Shown here in pieces: positions 62,862-63,942 of a stretch of DNA of 63,942 nt. Within the stretch, counting starts at the first letter, position 1. Every line of letters starts with the position of its first letter. Location of the stretch: NCBI RefSeq assembly GCF_001194135.2, contig NC_069001.1:36616023-36679964 (forward strand). Reading direction: 5' to 3'. The stretch is from Octopus bimaculoides. Taxonomy: Eukaryota. A program made the translations under genes and the position numbers. The notes below the pieces were generated by a model that worked only from the letters and a program-made list of their open reading frames with translations, was not told the origin of the DNA and ran no database searches.

Positions 62862-63010
62862 CTTGTTTTAAAATTATCTTAATTAAAACCTTCCTTTATA
62901 ATTTCAAAACACCTTAATAATAAAGAAGTCATTTTACTAAATTTTCCACTGTTTTCAAAATGAATTGAAACAACAACAGTTTATTTCAACAGAACTATAA
63001 CAAAAGAGTT
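62862..63010 (+). mobile_element. MITE D, 5' part lost in gap
   Basis: cttgttttaaaattatcttaattaaaaccttcc...tatttcaacagaactataacaaaagag. Confidence 0.65.
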
Positions 63011-63064
63011 TTTTTTTTTTTTTAATTTAAGAAATACACAAAAATAGCACATACAAGCTTTTGT

Positions 63065-63100
<36 letters not shown>

Positions 63101-63529
63101 GGTCAGACCTGCAGTTCCAATCAGGAGTCAAACTATACAGAAATTAATCAATATGTTATCAGCCCTGATCAAACGAATCTATGATCAAATGCATTCAGCC
63201 ATGATTGTCCACCCCCGCCCCTTTTTTCAGACCTAGTGTATCTTGGAGTACATTCTGCAATATACTCTCTCCTCGTTTTTGGATAGGAGCCAAATGCCCT
63301 AACCACTGAGCCACGCATCTTCATATATATATATATATCACCATCATCATCATTTATTGTCTGCTTTCCATGCTAGCATGGGTTGGACGGTTTGACTGAA
63401 GGCTGGCAAGCTAGGAGACTGCACCAGGCTCTAATCTGATCTGGCAAAGTGATATTTATATATGTGTGTGTGTGTGCACAGATGCACACACATATACATA
63501 TACTTTCCTATTAACTATTGCCACACCAA

Positions 63530-63942
63530 ACAGGCAAGTACTGGGGTCAATCTAATCGACTATTCCCCTCTGCACAAATTTCAGGCCTTGTGCCTATAGC
63601 AGAAAGGATTATTATTCTTATTTATTTATTTATTTATTGCCCATAGAGGGCTAAACATAGAGGGAACAAACAAGGACAGACAAAGGGATTAAGTCGATTA
63701 CATCAACTCCAGTGCATAACTGGTACTTATTTAATCGACCCTAAAAGGATGAAAGGCAACCTTGGCAGAATTTGAACTCAGAACGTAACAGCAGATGAAA
63801 TACCGCTAAACATTATTATTATTATTATTATTATTAAGGTGGTGAGCTGGCAGAATCGTTTGCACGCTAGGTGAAATGCGGTATTTCTGCCGCTATATTC
63901 TGAGTTCAAATTCCACCGAGGTCAACTTTGCCTTTCATCCTT
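63530..63942. mobile_element. Cluster of SINE family B pieces in (ATT)n: + 63530-63610, - 63635-63810, + 63837 to window end
   Basis: Family B core in alternating orientation, separated by attattatt tracts. Confidence 0.75.

Overview
Eukaryotic, AT-rich, microsatellite-saturated, heavily N-gapped genomic window. The repeat families look like those of an octopus-type cephalopod, which is an inference from recalled repeat consensi and not from a search. The only supportable protein-coding gene is part of a + strand neuron navigator homolog (NAV2/unc-53/sickie family). It has four GT-AG exons at 31057-31140, 60926-61049, 61639-61784 and 62183-62352 or beyond (the last runs into a gap), which splice in frame. 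The rest is most likely intron. It is filled with several SINE-like families, TTAA-flanked piggyBac-like MITEs, a hAT MITE, a Helentron/Crypton-like element, decayed CR1-type and R4/Dong-type LINE 3' ends, minisatellites and microsatellites. The most interesting unannotated signal is a set of six type-I hammerhead-ribozyme-like motifs in different small elements. One is a structurally intact minimal hammerhead on the antisense strand (16972-17017). The five sense-strand copies each carry a lesion, and two of them sit inside inverted-repeat (MITE-like) elements. Nearly all ORFs in the supplied track are microsatellite or N-gap artefacts. There is no CRISPR array, rRNA gene or true tRNA gene.
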